DNA of 64,000 nucleotides, from the NCBI RefSeq assembly GCF_009914755.1, contig NC_060928.1. One strand, given 5' to 3'. Positions 12,601 to 25,100 of the stretch are shown here, piece after piece (position 1 is the first letter of the stretch; every line of letters starts with the position of its first letter). The stretch is from the human T2T-CHM13v2.0 reference genome, Homo sapiens. The position numbers were made by a program, and so were the translations under genes. Under the pieces are notes generated by a model that had not been told where the DNA came from, searched no databases, and was given only the letters and a program-made list of their open reading frames with translations.

Positions 12601-12714
12601 AACTTTGTTTTGATACAGCATTTTGGAAACACTCTTTTTGTAGAATCTGCAGGTGGATATTTGGATAGCTTAGAGGGATTCGTTGGAAAGGGGATATCTT
12701 CATATAAAATCTAG
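9653..12714 (+). repeat. 18-mer HOR variant (3062 bp) with fused m14/m15 monomer
   Basis: Spacing 9761->12823 = 3062 (170 bp short); m14 sequence (aaacaatctttttg) runs into m15 sequence (ttgatatttagatagatt) at ~11960-11975. Confidence 0.9.
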
Positions 12715-15700
12715 ACAGAAGCATTCTCAGAAACTTATTTGTGATGTGTGTCCTCAACTAACAGAGTTGAACCTTGGTTTTGATACAGCATTTTGGAAAC
12801 ACTCCTTTTGTAGAATCTGCAGGTGGATATGTGGATAGCTCTGAAGATTTCGTTGGAAACGGGAATTTCTTCATATAAAATCAAACAGAAGCATTCTCAG
12901 AAACTTCTCAGTGATGTTTGCATTCAGCTCATGGAGTTGAACACTTCCTTTCATAGAACCGGTTTGAAACACTCTTTCTGCACTACCTGGAAGAGGACAT
13001 TTCGAGCGCTTTGAGTCCTATGGTGAAAAAGGAAATATCTTCTCATAAAAACCAGAAAGAAGCATTCTCAGAAACTTCTTTGTGTTGTGTGTACTCATGT
13101 AACAGTGTTGAACCATCCTTTTGACAGAGTAGTTTTGAAACACTCTTTTTGTAGAATCTGCAAGTGGATATTTGGATAGCTTTGAGGATTTCGTTGGAAA
13201 CGGGATGACATATAATATCTAGAGAGAAGCATTCTCAGGAACTTCTTTGTGATGTTTGCATTCAAGTCACAGAATTGAACATTCCCTTTCATAGAGCAGG
13301 TTTGAAACACTCTTTCTCTAGTATCTGGAAGTGGGCATTTCAAGCGCATTCAGGCCTATGGAGAGAAAGGAAATACCTTCAAATAAAAACTAGACAGAAG
13401 CATTCTCAGAAACTTATTTGTGATGTGTGTCCTCAACTAACAGAGTTGAACCTTGGTTTTGATACAGCATTTTGGAAACGCTCCTTTTGTAGAATCTGCA
13501 GGTGGATATGTGGATAACTTTGAAGATTTCGTTGGAAACCGGAATATCTTCATATAAAATCAAGACAGAAGCATTCTCGGAAACATCTCTGTGATGTTTG
13601 CATTCAACTCAGTAGAGTTGAACACTTCCTTTCATAGAGCCGGTTTGAAACACTCTTTCTGCACTACCTGGAAGCGGACATTTCGAGCGCTTTGAGGCCT
13701 ATGGTGAAAAAGGAAATATCTTCTCATAAAAACCAGAAAGAAGCATTCTCAGAAACTTCTTTGTGTTGTGTGTACTCAAGTAACAGTGTTGAACCTTCCT
13801 TTTGACACAGCAGTTTTGAAACACTCTTTTGGTAGAATCTGCAAGTGGATATTTGGATAGCTTTGAGGATTTCGTTGGAAACGGGTTATCTTCATATAAA
13901 ATCCAGACAGGAGCATTCTCAGAAACTTCTTTGTGCTGCATGTCCTCAATTCACAGAGCTGAACCTTTGTTTGGATACAGCATTTTGGAAACATTCCTTT
14001 AGTAGAATCTGCAAGTTGATATTTAGATAGCTTTGAAGATTTCGTTGGAAACGGGAATATCTTCATAGAAAATCTAGACGGAAGCATTCTCAGAAACTGC
14101 TTTGTGATGTTTGCATTCAAGTCACAGAGTTGAATATTCCCTTTTATAGAGTAGGTTTGAAACACTCTTTCGGCACTACCTGGAAGTGGATATTTCGAGC
14201 TCTTTGAGGCCTATGGTTAAAAGGAAATATCTTCCCATAAAAACTAGACAGAAGCCGTCTCAGAAACTTGTTTGTGATGTGTGTATTCAACTAACAGAGT
14301 TGAACATTTCTGTTACAGAGCAATTTTAAAACACTCTTTTTGTGGAATCTGAAAGTGGATAATTGGATAGCTTTGTGGATTTCGTTGGAAACGGGATGAC
14401 GTATAAAATCTAGAGAGAAGCATTCTCAGGAACTTCTTTCTGATGTTTGCATTCAAGTCACAGAATTGAACATTCCTTTTCATAGTGCAGGTTTGAAACA
14501 CTCTTTCTGTAGTATCTGGAAGTGGACATTTCAAGAGCTTTCAGGCCCACGGGGAGAAAGGAAATATCTTCAAATAAAAACTAGACAGAAGGATTCTCAG
14601 AAACTTATTTGTGATGTGTGTCCTAAACGAACACAGTTGAACCTTTGTTTTGATACAGCATTTTGGAAACACTCCTTTTGTAGGATCTGCAGGTGGATAT
14701 TTGGATAGATTTTAAGATTTCGTTGGAAACGGGAGTTTCTTCATAGAAACTCAAGACAGATGCATTCTCAGAAACATCTCTGTGATGTTTGCATTCCACT
14801 CATAGAGTTGAAAACTTCCTTTCATAGAGCAGGTTTGAAACACTCTTTTTGTAATATTTGGAAGTGGACATTTGCAGCGCTTTGAGGCCTATGGTGAAAA
14901 AGGAAATATCTTCTCATAAAAACCAGAAACAAGCATTCTCAGAAACTTCTTTTTGATGTGTGTACTCAAGTAACAGAGTTGAACCTTCCTTTTGACACAG
15001 CAGTTTTGAAACAATCTTTTTGTAGAATCTGCAAGTGGATATTTGGATAGCTTTGAGGATTTCGTTGGAAACGGGATATCTTCATATAAAATCTAGACAG
15101 AAGCATTCTCAGAAACTTCTTTGTGCTGTATGTCCTCAATTAACAGAGTTGAACCATTGCTTGGATACAGCATTTTGGAAACATTCCTTGAGTAGAATCT
15201 GCAAGTGGATATTTAGATAGATTTGAAGATTTCGTTGGAAAAGGGAATATCTCCATATAAAATCTAGAGGGAAGCATTCTCAGAAACTGCTTTGTGATGT
15301 TTCCATTCAAGTCACAGAGTTTAATATTCCCTTTTATAGAGCACGTTTGAAACACTCTTTCTGCACTATCTGGAAGTGGACATTTCGAGCGCTTTGAGGC
15401 CTATGGTGAAAAAGGAAATATCTTCCCATAAAAACTAGACAGAAGCATTTTCAGAAACTTGTTTGTGATGTGTGTATTCAACTAACAGAGTTGAACTTTT
15501 GTTTTTACAGAGCCGTTTTAAAACACTCTTTTTGTGGAATCAGAAAGTGGATATTCGGATGGCTCTGAGGATTTCGTTGGAAGCGGGATTACATATAAAA
15601 TCTAGAGAGAAGCATTCTCAGGAACTTCTTTGTGATGTTTGCATTGAAGTCACAGAATTGAACATTCACTTTGATAGAGCAGGTTTGAAACACTCATTCT

Positions 15701-16758
15701 GTAGTATCTGGAAGTGGACATTTCAAGCGCTTTCAGGCCTATGGTGAGAAAGGAAATATCTTCGAATAAAAACTAGACAGAAGCATCCTCAGAAACTTAT
15801 TTGTGATGTGTGTCCTCAACTAACAGAGTTGAAACTTTGTTTTGATACAGCATTTTGGAAACACTCTTTTTGTAGAATCTGCAGGTGGATATTTGGATAG
15901 CTTAGAGGGATTCGTTGGAAAGGGGATATCTTCATATAAAATCTAGACAGAAGCATTCTCAGAAACTTATTTGTGATGTGTGTCCTCAACTAACAGAGTT
16001 GAACCTTGGTTTTGATACAGCATTTTGGAAATGCTCCTTTTGTAGAATCTGTAGGTGGATATGTGGATAGCTCTGAAGATTTCGTTGGAAACGGGAATTT
16101 CTTCATATAAAATCAAACAGAAGCATTCTCAGAAACTTCTCAGTGATGTTTGCATTCAGCTCATGGAGTTGAACACTTCCTTTCATAGAGCCGGTTTGAA
16201 ACACTCTTTCTGCACTACCTGGAAGAGGACATTTCGAGCGCTTTGAGTCCTATGGTGAAAAAGGAAATATCTTCTCATAAAAACCAGAAAGAAGCATTCT
16301 CAGAAACTACTTTGTGTTGTGTGTACTCATGTAACAGTGTTGAACCATCCTTTTGACAGAGCAGTTTTGAAACACTCTTTTTGTAGAATCTGCAAGTGGA
16401 TATTTGGATAGCTTTGAGGATTTCGTTGGAAACGGGATGACATATAATCTCTAGAGAGAAGCATACTCAGGAACTTCTTTGTGATGTTTGCATTCAAGTC
16501 ACAGAATTGAACATTTCCTTTCATAGAGCAGGTTTGAAACACTCTTTCTCTAGTATCTGGAAGTGGGCATTTCAAGCGCTTTCAGGCCTATGGAGAGAAA
16601 GGAAATACCTTCAAATAAAAACTAGACAGAAGCATTCTCAGAAACTTATTTGTGATGTGTGTCCTCAACTAACAGAGTTGAACCTTTGTTTTGATACAGC
16701 ATTTTGGAAACACTCCTTTTGTAGAATCTGCAGGTGGATATTTGGATAACTTTGAAGA

Positions 16759-16775
16759 TTTCGTTGGAAACCGGA
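16759..16775 (+). other. Degenerate CENP-B box in m5 (present in every HOR)
   Basis: tttcgttggaaaccgga: CGGG core changed to CCGG. Confidence 0.85.
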
Positions 16776-18461
16776 ATATCTTCATATAAAATCAAGACAG
16801 AAGCATTCTCGGAAACATCTCTGTGATGTTTGCATTCAACTCAGTAGAGTTGAACACTTCCTTTCATAGAGCAGGTTTGAAACACTCTTTCTGCACTACC
16901 TGGAAGCGGACATTTCGAGCGCTTTGAGGCCTATGGTGAAAAAGGAAATATCTTCTCATAAAAACCAGAAAGAAGCATTCTCAGAAACTTCTTTGTGTTG
17001 TGTGTACTCAAGTAACAGTGTTGAACCTTCCTTTTGACACAGCAGTTTTGAAACACTCTTTTGGTAGAATCTGCAAGTGGATATTTGGATAGCTTTGAGG
17101 ATTTCGTTGGAAACGGGTTATCTTCATATAAAATCCAGACAGGAGCATTCTCAGAAACTTCTTTGTGCTGCATGTCCTCAATTCACAGAGCTGAACCTTT
17201 GTTTGGATACAGCATTTTGGAAACATTCCTTTAGTAGAATCTGCAAGTTGATATTTAGATAGCTTTGAAGATTTCGTTGGAAACGGGAATATCTTCATAG
17301 AAAATCTAGACGGAAGCATTCTCAGAAACTGCTTTGTGATGTTTGCATTCAAGTCACAGAGTTGAATATTCCCTTTTATAGAGTAGGTTTGAAACACTCT
17401 TTCGGCACTACCTGGAAGTGGATATTTCGAGCTCTTTGAGGCCTATGGTTAAAAGGAAATATCTTCCCATAAAAACTAGACAGAAGCCGTCTCAGAAACT
17501 TGTTTGTGATGTGTGTATTCAACTAACAGAGTTGAACATTTCTGTTACAGAGCAATTTTAAAACACTCTTTTTGTGGAATCTGAAAGTGGATAATTGGAT
17601 AGCTTTGTGGATTTCGTTGGAAACGGGATGACGTATAAAATCTAGAGAGAAGCATTCTCAGGAACTTCTTTCTGATGTTTGCATTCAAGTCACAGAATTG
17701 AACATTCCTTTTCATAGTGCAGGTTTGAAACACTCTTTCTGTAGTATCTGGAAGTGGACATTTCAAGCGCTTTCAGGCCTACGGGGAGAAAGGAAATATC
17801 TTCAAATAAAAACTAGACAGAAGGATTCTCAGAAACTTATTTGTGATGTGTGTCCTAAACGAACACAGTTGAACCTTTGTTTTGATACAGCATTTTGGAA
17901 ACACTCCTTTTGTAGGATCTGCAGGTGGATATTTGGATAGATTTTAAGATTTCGTTGGAAACGGGAGTTTCTTCATAGAAACTCAAGACAGATGCATTCT
18001 CAGAAACATCTCTGTGATGTTTGCATTCCACTCATAGAGTTGAAAACTTCCTTTCATAGAGCAGGTTTGAAACACTCTTTTTGTAATATTTGGAAGTGGA
18101 CATTTGCAGCGCTTTGAGGCCTATGGTGAAAAAGGAAATATCTTCTCATAAAAACCAGAAACAAGCATTCTCAGAAACTTCTTTTTGATGTGTGTACTCA
18201 AGTAACAGAGTTGAACCTTCCTTTTGACACAGCAGTTTTGAAACAATCTTTTTGTAGAATCTGCAAGTGGATATTTGGATAGCTTTGAGGATTTCGTTGG
18301 AAACGGGATATCTTCATATAAAATCTAGACAGAAGCATTCTCAGAAACTTCTTTGTGCTGTATGTCCTCAATTAACAGAGTTGAACCATTGCTTGGATAC
18401 AGCATTTTGGAAACATTCCTTGAGTAGAATCTCCAAGTGGATATTTAGATAGATTTGAAGA

Positions 18462-18478
18462 TTTCGTTGGAAAAGGGA
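18462..18478 (+). other. Degenerate CENP-B box in m15
   Basis: tttcgttggaaaaggga: CGGG core changed to AGGG. Confidence 0.85.
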
Positions 18479-19141
18479 ATATCTCCATATAAAATCTAGA
18501 GGGAAGCATTCTCAGAAACTGCTTTGTGATGTTTCCATTCAAGTCACAGATTTGAATATTCCCTTTTATAGAGCACGTTTGAAACACTCTTTCTGCACTA
18601 TCTGGAAGTGGACATTTCGAGCGCTTTGAGGCCTATGGTGAAAAAGGAAATATCTTCCCATAAAAACTAGACAGAAGCATTCTCAGAAACTTGTTTGTGA
18701 TGTGTGTATTCAACTAACAGAGTTGAACTTTTGTTTTTACAGAGCCGTTTTAAAACACTCTTTTTGTGGAATCAGAAAGTGGATATTCGGATGGCTCTGA
18801 GGATTTCGTTGGAAGCGGGATTACATATAAACTCTAGAGAGAAGCATTCTCAGGAACTTCTTTGTGATGTTTGCATTGAAGTCACAGAATTGAACATTCA
18901 CTTTGATAGAGCAGGTTTGAAACACTCATTCTGTAGTATCTGGAACTGGACATTTCAAGCGCTTTCAGGCCTATGGTGAGAAAGGAAATATCTTCGAATA
19001 AAAACTAGACAGAAGCATCCTCAGAAACTTATTTGTGATGTGTGTCCTCAACTAACAGAGTTGAAACTTTGTTTTGATACAGCATTTTGGAAACACTCTT
19101 TTTGTAGAATCTGCAGGTGGATATTTGGATAGCTTAGAGGG

Positions 19142-19158
19142 ATTCGTTGGAAAGGGGA
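19142..19158 (+). other. Degenerate CENP-B box in m19
   Basis: attcgttggaaagggga: CGGG core changed to GGGG. Confidence 0.85.
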
Positions 19159-19178
19159 TATCTTCATATAAAATCTAG

Positions 19179-22100
19179 ACAGAAGCATTCTCAGAAACTT
19201 ATTTGTGATGTGTGTCCTCAACTAACAGAGTTGAACCTTGGTTTTGATACAGCATTTTGGAAACACTCCTTTTGTAGAATCTGCAGGTGGATATGTGGAT
19301 AGCTCTGAAGATTTCGTTGGAAACGGGAATTTCTTCATATAAAATCAAACAGAAGCATTCTCAGAAACTTCTCAGTGATGTTTGCATTCAGCTCATGGAG
19401 TTGAACACTTCCTTTCATAGAGCCGGTTTGAAACACTCTTTCTGCACTACCTGGAAGAGGACATTTCGAGCGCTTTGAGTCCTATGGTGAAAAAGGAAAT
19501 ATCTTCTCATAAAAACCAGAAAGAAGCATTCTCAGAAACTACTTTGTGTTGTGTGTACTCATGTAACAGTGTTGAACCATCCTTTTGACAGAGCAGTTTT
19601 GAAACACTCTTTTTGTAGAATCTGCAAGTGGATATTTGGATAGCTTTGAGGATTTCGTTGGAAACGGGATGACATATAATCTCTAGAGAGAAGCATACTC
19701 AGGAACTTCTTTGTGATGTTTGCATTCAAGTCACAGAATTGAACATTCCCTTTCATAGAGCAGGTTTGAAACACTCTTTCTCTAGTATCTGGAAGTGGGC
19801 ATTTCAAGCGCTTTCAGGCCTATGGAGAGAAAGGAAATACCTTCAAATAAAAACTAGACAGAAGCATTCTCAGAAACTTATTTGTGATGTGTGTCCTCAA
19901 CTAACAGAGTTGAACCTTTGTTTTGATACAGCATTTTGGAAACACTCCTTTTGTAGAATCTGCAGGTGGATATTTGGATAACTTTGAAGATTTCGTTGGA
20001 AACCGGAATATCTTCATATAAAATCAAGACAGAAGCATTCTCGGAAACATCTCTGTGATGTTTGCATTCAACTCAGTAGAGTTGAACACTTCCTTTCATA
20101 GAGCAGGTTTGAAACACTCTTTCTGCACTACCTGGAAGCGGACATTTCGAGCGCTTTGAGGCCTATGGTGAAAAAGGAAATATCTTCTCATAAAAACCAG
20201 AAAGAAGCATTCTCAGAAACTTCTTTGTGTTGTGTGTACTCAAGTAACAGTGTTGAACCTTCCTTTTGACACAGCAGTTTTGAAACACTCTTTTGGTAGA
20301 ATCTGCATGTGGATATTTGGATAGCTTTGAGGATTTCGTTGGAAACGGGTTATCTTCATATAAAATCCAGACAGGAGCATTCTCAGAAACTTCTTTGTGC
20401 TGCATGTCCTCAATTCACAGAGCTGAACCTTTGTTTGGATACAGCATTTTGGAAACATTCCTTTAGTAGAATCTGCAAGTTGATATTTAGATAGCTTTGA
20501 AGATTTCGTTGGAAACGGGAATATCTTCATAGAAAATCTAGACGGAAGCATTCTCAGAAACTGCTTTGTGATGTTTGCATTCAAGTCACAGAGTTGAATA
20601 TTCCCTTTTATAGAGTAGGTTTGAAACACTCTTTCGGCACTACCTGGAAGTGGATATTTCGAGCTCTTTGAGGCCTATGGTTAAAAGGAAATATCTTCCC
20701 ATAAAAACTAGACAGAAGCCGTCTCAGAAACTGGTTTGTGATGTGTGTATTCAACTAACAGAGTTGAACATTTCTGTTACAGAGCAATTTTAAAACACTC
20801 TTTTTGTGGAATCTGAAAGTGGATAATTGGATAGCTTTGTGGATTTCGTTGGAAACGGGATGACATATAAAATCTAGAGAGAAGCATTCTCAGGAACTTC
20901 TTTCTGATGTTTGCATTCAAGTCACAGAATTGAACATTCCTTTTCATAGTGCAGGTTTGAAACACTCTTTCTGTAGTATCTGGAAGTGGACATTTCAAGC
21001 GCTTTCAGGCCTACGGGGAGAAAGGAAATATCTTCAAATAAAAACTAGACAGAAGGATTCTCAGAAACTTATTTGTGATGTGTGTCCTAAACGAACACAG
21101 TTGAACCTTTGTTTTGATACAGCATTTTGGAAACACTCCTTTTGTAGGATCTGCAGGTGGATATTTGGATAGATTTTAAGATTTCGTTGGAAACGGGAGT
21201 TTCTTCATAGAAACTCAAGACAGATGCATTCTCAGAAACATCTCTGTGATGTTTGCATTCCACTCATAGAGTTGAAAACTTCCTTTCATAGAGCAGGTTT
21301 GAAACACTCTTTTTGTAATATTTGGAAGTGGACATTTGCAGCACTTTGAGGCCTATGGTGAAAAAGGAAATATCTTCTCATAAAAACCAGAAACAAGCAT
21401 TCTCAGAAACTTCTTTTTGATGTGTGTACTCAAGTAACAGAGTTGAACCTTCCTTTTGACACAGCAGTTTTGAAACAATCTTTTTGTAGAATCTGCAAGT
21501 GGATATTTGGATAGCTTTGAGGATTTCGTTGGAAACGGGATATCTTCATATAAAATCTAGACAGAAGCATTCTCAGAAACTTCTTTGTGCTGTATGCCCT
21601 CAATTAACAGAGTTGAACCATTGGATACAGCATTTTGGAAACATTCCTTGAGTAGAATCTGCAAGTTGATATTTAGATAGATTTGAAGATTTCATTGGAA
21701 AAGGGAATATCTCCATATAAAATCTAGAGGGAAGCATTCTCAGAAACTGCTTTGTGATGTTTCCATTCAAGTCACAGAGTTGAATATTCCCTTTTATAGA
21801 GCACGTTTGAAACACTCTTTCTGCACTATCTGGAAGTGGACATTTCGAGCGCTTTGAGGCCTATGGTGAAAAAGGAAATATCTTCCCATAAAAACTAGAC
21901 AGAAGCATTCTCAGAAACTTGTTTGTGATGTGTGTATTCAACTAACAGAGTTGAACTTTTGTTTTTACAGAGCCGTTTTAAAACACTCTTTTTGTGGAAT
22001 CAGAAAGTGGATATTCGGATGGCTCTGAGGATTTCGTTGGAAGCGGGATTACATATAAAATCTAGAGAGAAGCATTCTCAGGAACTTCTTTGTGATGTTT

Positions 22101-25100
22101 GCATTGAAGTCACAGAATTGAACATTCACTTTGATAGAGCAGGTTTGAAACACTCATTCTGTAGTATCTGGAACTGGACATTTCAAGCGCTTTCAGGCCT
22201 ATGGTGAGAAAGGAAATATCTTCGAATAAAAACTAGACAGAAGCATCCTCAGAAACTTATTTGTGATGTGTGTCCTCAACTAACAGAGTTGAAACTTTGT
22301 TTTGATACAGCATTTTGGAAACACTCTTTTTGTAGAATCTGCAGGTGGATATTTGGATAGCTTAGAGGGATTCGTTGGAAAGGGGATATCTTCATATAAA
22401 ATCTAGACAGAAGCATTCTCAGAAACTTATTTGTGATGTGTGTCCTCAACTAACAGAGTTGAACCTTGGTTTTGATACAGCATTTTGGAAACACTCCTTT
22501 TGTAGAATCTGCAGGTGGATATGTGGATAGCTCTGAAGATTTCGTTGGAAACGGGAATTTCTTCATATAAAATCAAACAGAAGCATTCTCAGAAACTTCT
22601 CAGTGATGTTTGCATTCAGCTCATGGAGTTGAACACTTCCTTTCATAGAGCCGGTTTGAAACACTCTTTCTGCACTACCTGGAAGAGGACATTTCGAGCG
22701 CTTTCAGTCCTATGGTGAAAAAGGAAATATCTTCTCATAAAAACCAGAAAGAAGCATTCTCAGAAACTTCTTTGTGTTGTGTGTACTCATGTAACAGTGT
22801 TGAACCATCCTTTTGACAGAGCAGTTTTGAAACACTCTTTTTGTAGAATCTGCAAGTGGATATTTGGATAGCTTTGAGGATTTCGTTGGAAACGGGATGA
22901 CATATAATATCTAGAGAGAAGCATTCTCAGGAACTTCTTTGTGATGTTTGCATTCAAGTCACAGAATTGAACATTCCCTTTCATAGAGCAGGTTTGAAAC
23001 ACTCTTTCTCTAGTATCTGGAAGTGGGCATTTCAAGCGCTTTCAGGCCTATGGAGAGAAAGGAAATACCTTCAAATAAAAACTAGACAGAAGCATTCTCA
23101 GAAACTTATTTGTGATGTGTGTCCTCAACTAAGAGAGTTGAACCTTTGTTTTGATACAGCATTTTGGAAACACTCCTTTTGTAGAATCTGCAGGTGGATA
23201 TTTGGATAACTTTGAAGATTTCATTGGAAACCGGAATATCTTCATATAAAATCAAGACAGAAGCATTCTCGGAAACATCTCTGTGATGTTTGCATTCAAC
23301 TCAGTAGAGTTGAACACTTCCTTTCATAGAGCCGGTTTGAAACACTCTTTCTGCACTACCTGGAAGCGGACATTTCGAGCGCTTTGAGGCCTATGGTGAA
23401 AAAGGAAATATCTTCTCATAAAAACCAGAAAGAAGCATTCTCAGAAACTTCTTTGTGTTGTGTGTACTCAAGTAACAGTGTTGAACCTTCCTTTTGACAC
23501 AACAGTTTTGAAACACTCTTTTGGTAGAATCTGCAAGTGGATATTTGGATAGCTTTGAGGATTTCGTTGGAAACGGGTTATCTTCATATAAAATCCAGAC
23601 AGGAGCATTCTCAGAAACTTCTTTGTGCTGCATGTCCTCAATTCACAGAGCTGAACCTTTGTTTGGATACAGCATTTTGGAAACATTCCTTTAGTAGAAT
23701 CTGCAAGTTGATATTTAGATAGCTTTGAAGATTTCGTTGGAAACGGGAATATCTTCATAGAAAATCTAGACGGAAGCATTCTCAGAAACTGCTTTGTGAT
23801 GTTTGCATTCAAGTCACAGAGTTGAATATTCCCTTTTATAGAGTAGGTTTGAAACACTCTTTCGGCACTACCTGGAAGTGGATATTTCGAGCTCTTTGAG
23901 GCCTATGGTTAAAAGGAAATATCTTCCCATAAAAACTAGACAGAAGCCGTCTCAGAAACTGGTTTGTGATGTGTGTATTCAACTAACAGAGTTGAACATT
24001 TCTGTTACAGAGCAATTTTAAAACACTCTTTTTGTGGAATCTGAAAGTGGATAATTGGATAGCTTTGTGGATTTCGTTGGAAACGGGATGACGTATAAAA
24101 TCTAGAGAGAAGCATTCTCAGGAACTTCTTTGTGATGTTTGCATTCAAGTCACAGAATTGAACATTCCCTTTCATAGAGCAGGTTTGAAACACTCTTTCT
24201 CTAGTATCTGGAAGTGGGCATTTCAAGCGCTTTCAGGCCTATGGAGAGAAAGGAAATACCTTCAAATAAAAACTAGACAGAAGCATTCTCAGAAACTTAT
24301 TTGTGATGTGTGTCCTCAACTAACAGAGTTGAACTTTTGTTTTGATACAGCATTTTGGAAACACTCCTTTTGTAGGATCTGCAGGTGGATATTTGGATAG
24401 ATTTTAAGATTTCGTTGGAAACGGGAGTTTCTTCATAGAAACTCAAGACAGATGCATTCTCAGAAACATCTCTGTGATGTTTGCATTCCACTCATAGATT
24501 TGAAAACTTCCTTTCATAGAGCAGGTTTGAAACACTCTTTTTGTAATATTTGGAAGTGGACATTTGCAGCGCTTTGAGGCCTATGGTGAAAAAGGAAATA
24601 TCTTCTCATAAAAACCAGAAACAAGCATTCTCAGAAACTTCTTTTTGATGTGTGTACTCAAGTAACAGAGTTGAACCTTCCTTTTGACACAGCAGTTTTG
24701 AAACAATCTTTTTGTAGAATCTGCAAGTGGATATTTGGATAGCTTTGAGGATTTCGTTGGAAACGGGATATCTTCATATAAAATCTAGACAGAAGCATTC
24801 TCAGAAACTTCTTTGTGCTGTATGTCCTCAATTAACAGAGTTGAACCATTGCTTGGATACAGCATTTTGGAAACATTCCTTGAGTAGAATCTGCAAGTTG
24901 ATATTTAGATAGATTTGAAGATTTCGTTGGAAAAGGGAATATCTCCATATAAAATCTAGAGGGAAGCATTCTCAGAAACTGCTTTGTGATGTTTCCATTC
25001 AAGTCACAGAGTTGAATATTCCCTTTTATAGAGCACGTTTGAAACACTCTTTCTGCACTATCTGGAAGTGGACATTTCGAGCGCTTTGAGGCCTATGGTG

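Larger units (their letters stand above)
16080..18820 (+). promoter_or_regulatory. Eight intact CENP-B boxes per 19-mer (example unit; starts at 16080, 16421, 17102, 17272, 17612, 17950, 18292, 18804)
   Basis: Each has the TTCG....A..CGGG core; monomers m1, m3, m7, m8, m10, m12, m14, m17. Confidence 0.88.
12715..19178 (+). repeat. Two 19-mer HORs, 3232 bp each, native m11/m12 haplotype (N)
   Basis: Spacings 12823->16055->19287; m11 has catagtgcagg and acggggag; m12 has aaggattctc and cctaaacgaacacag. Confidence 0.9.
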
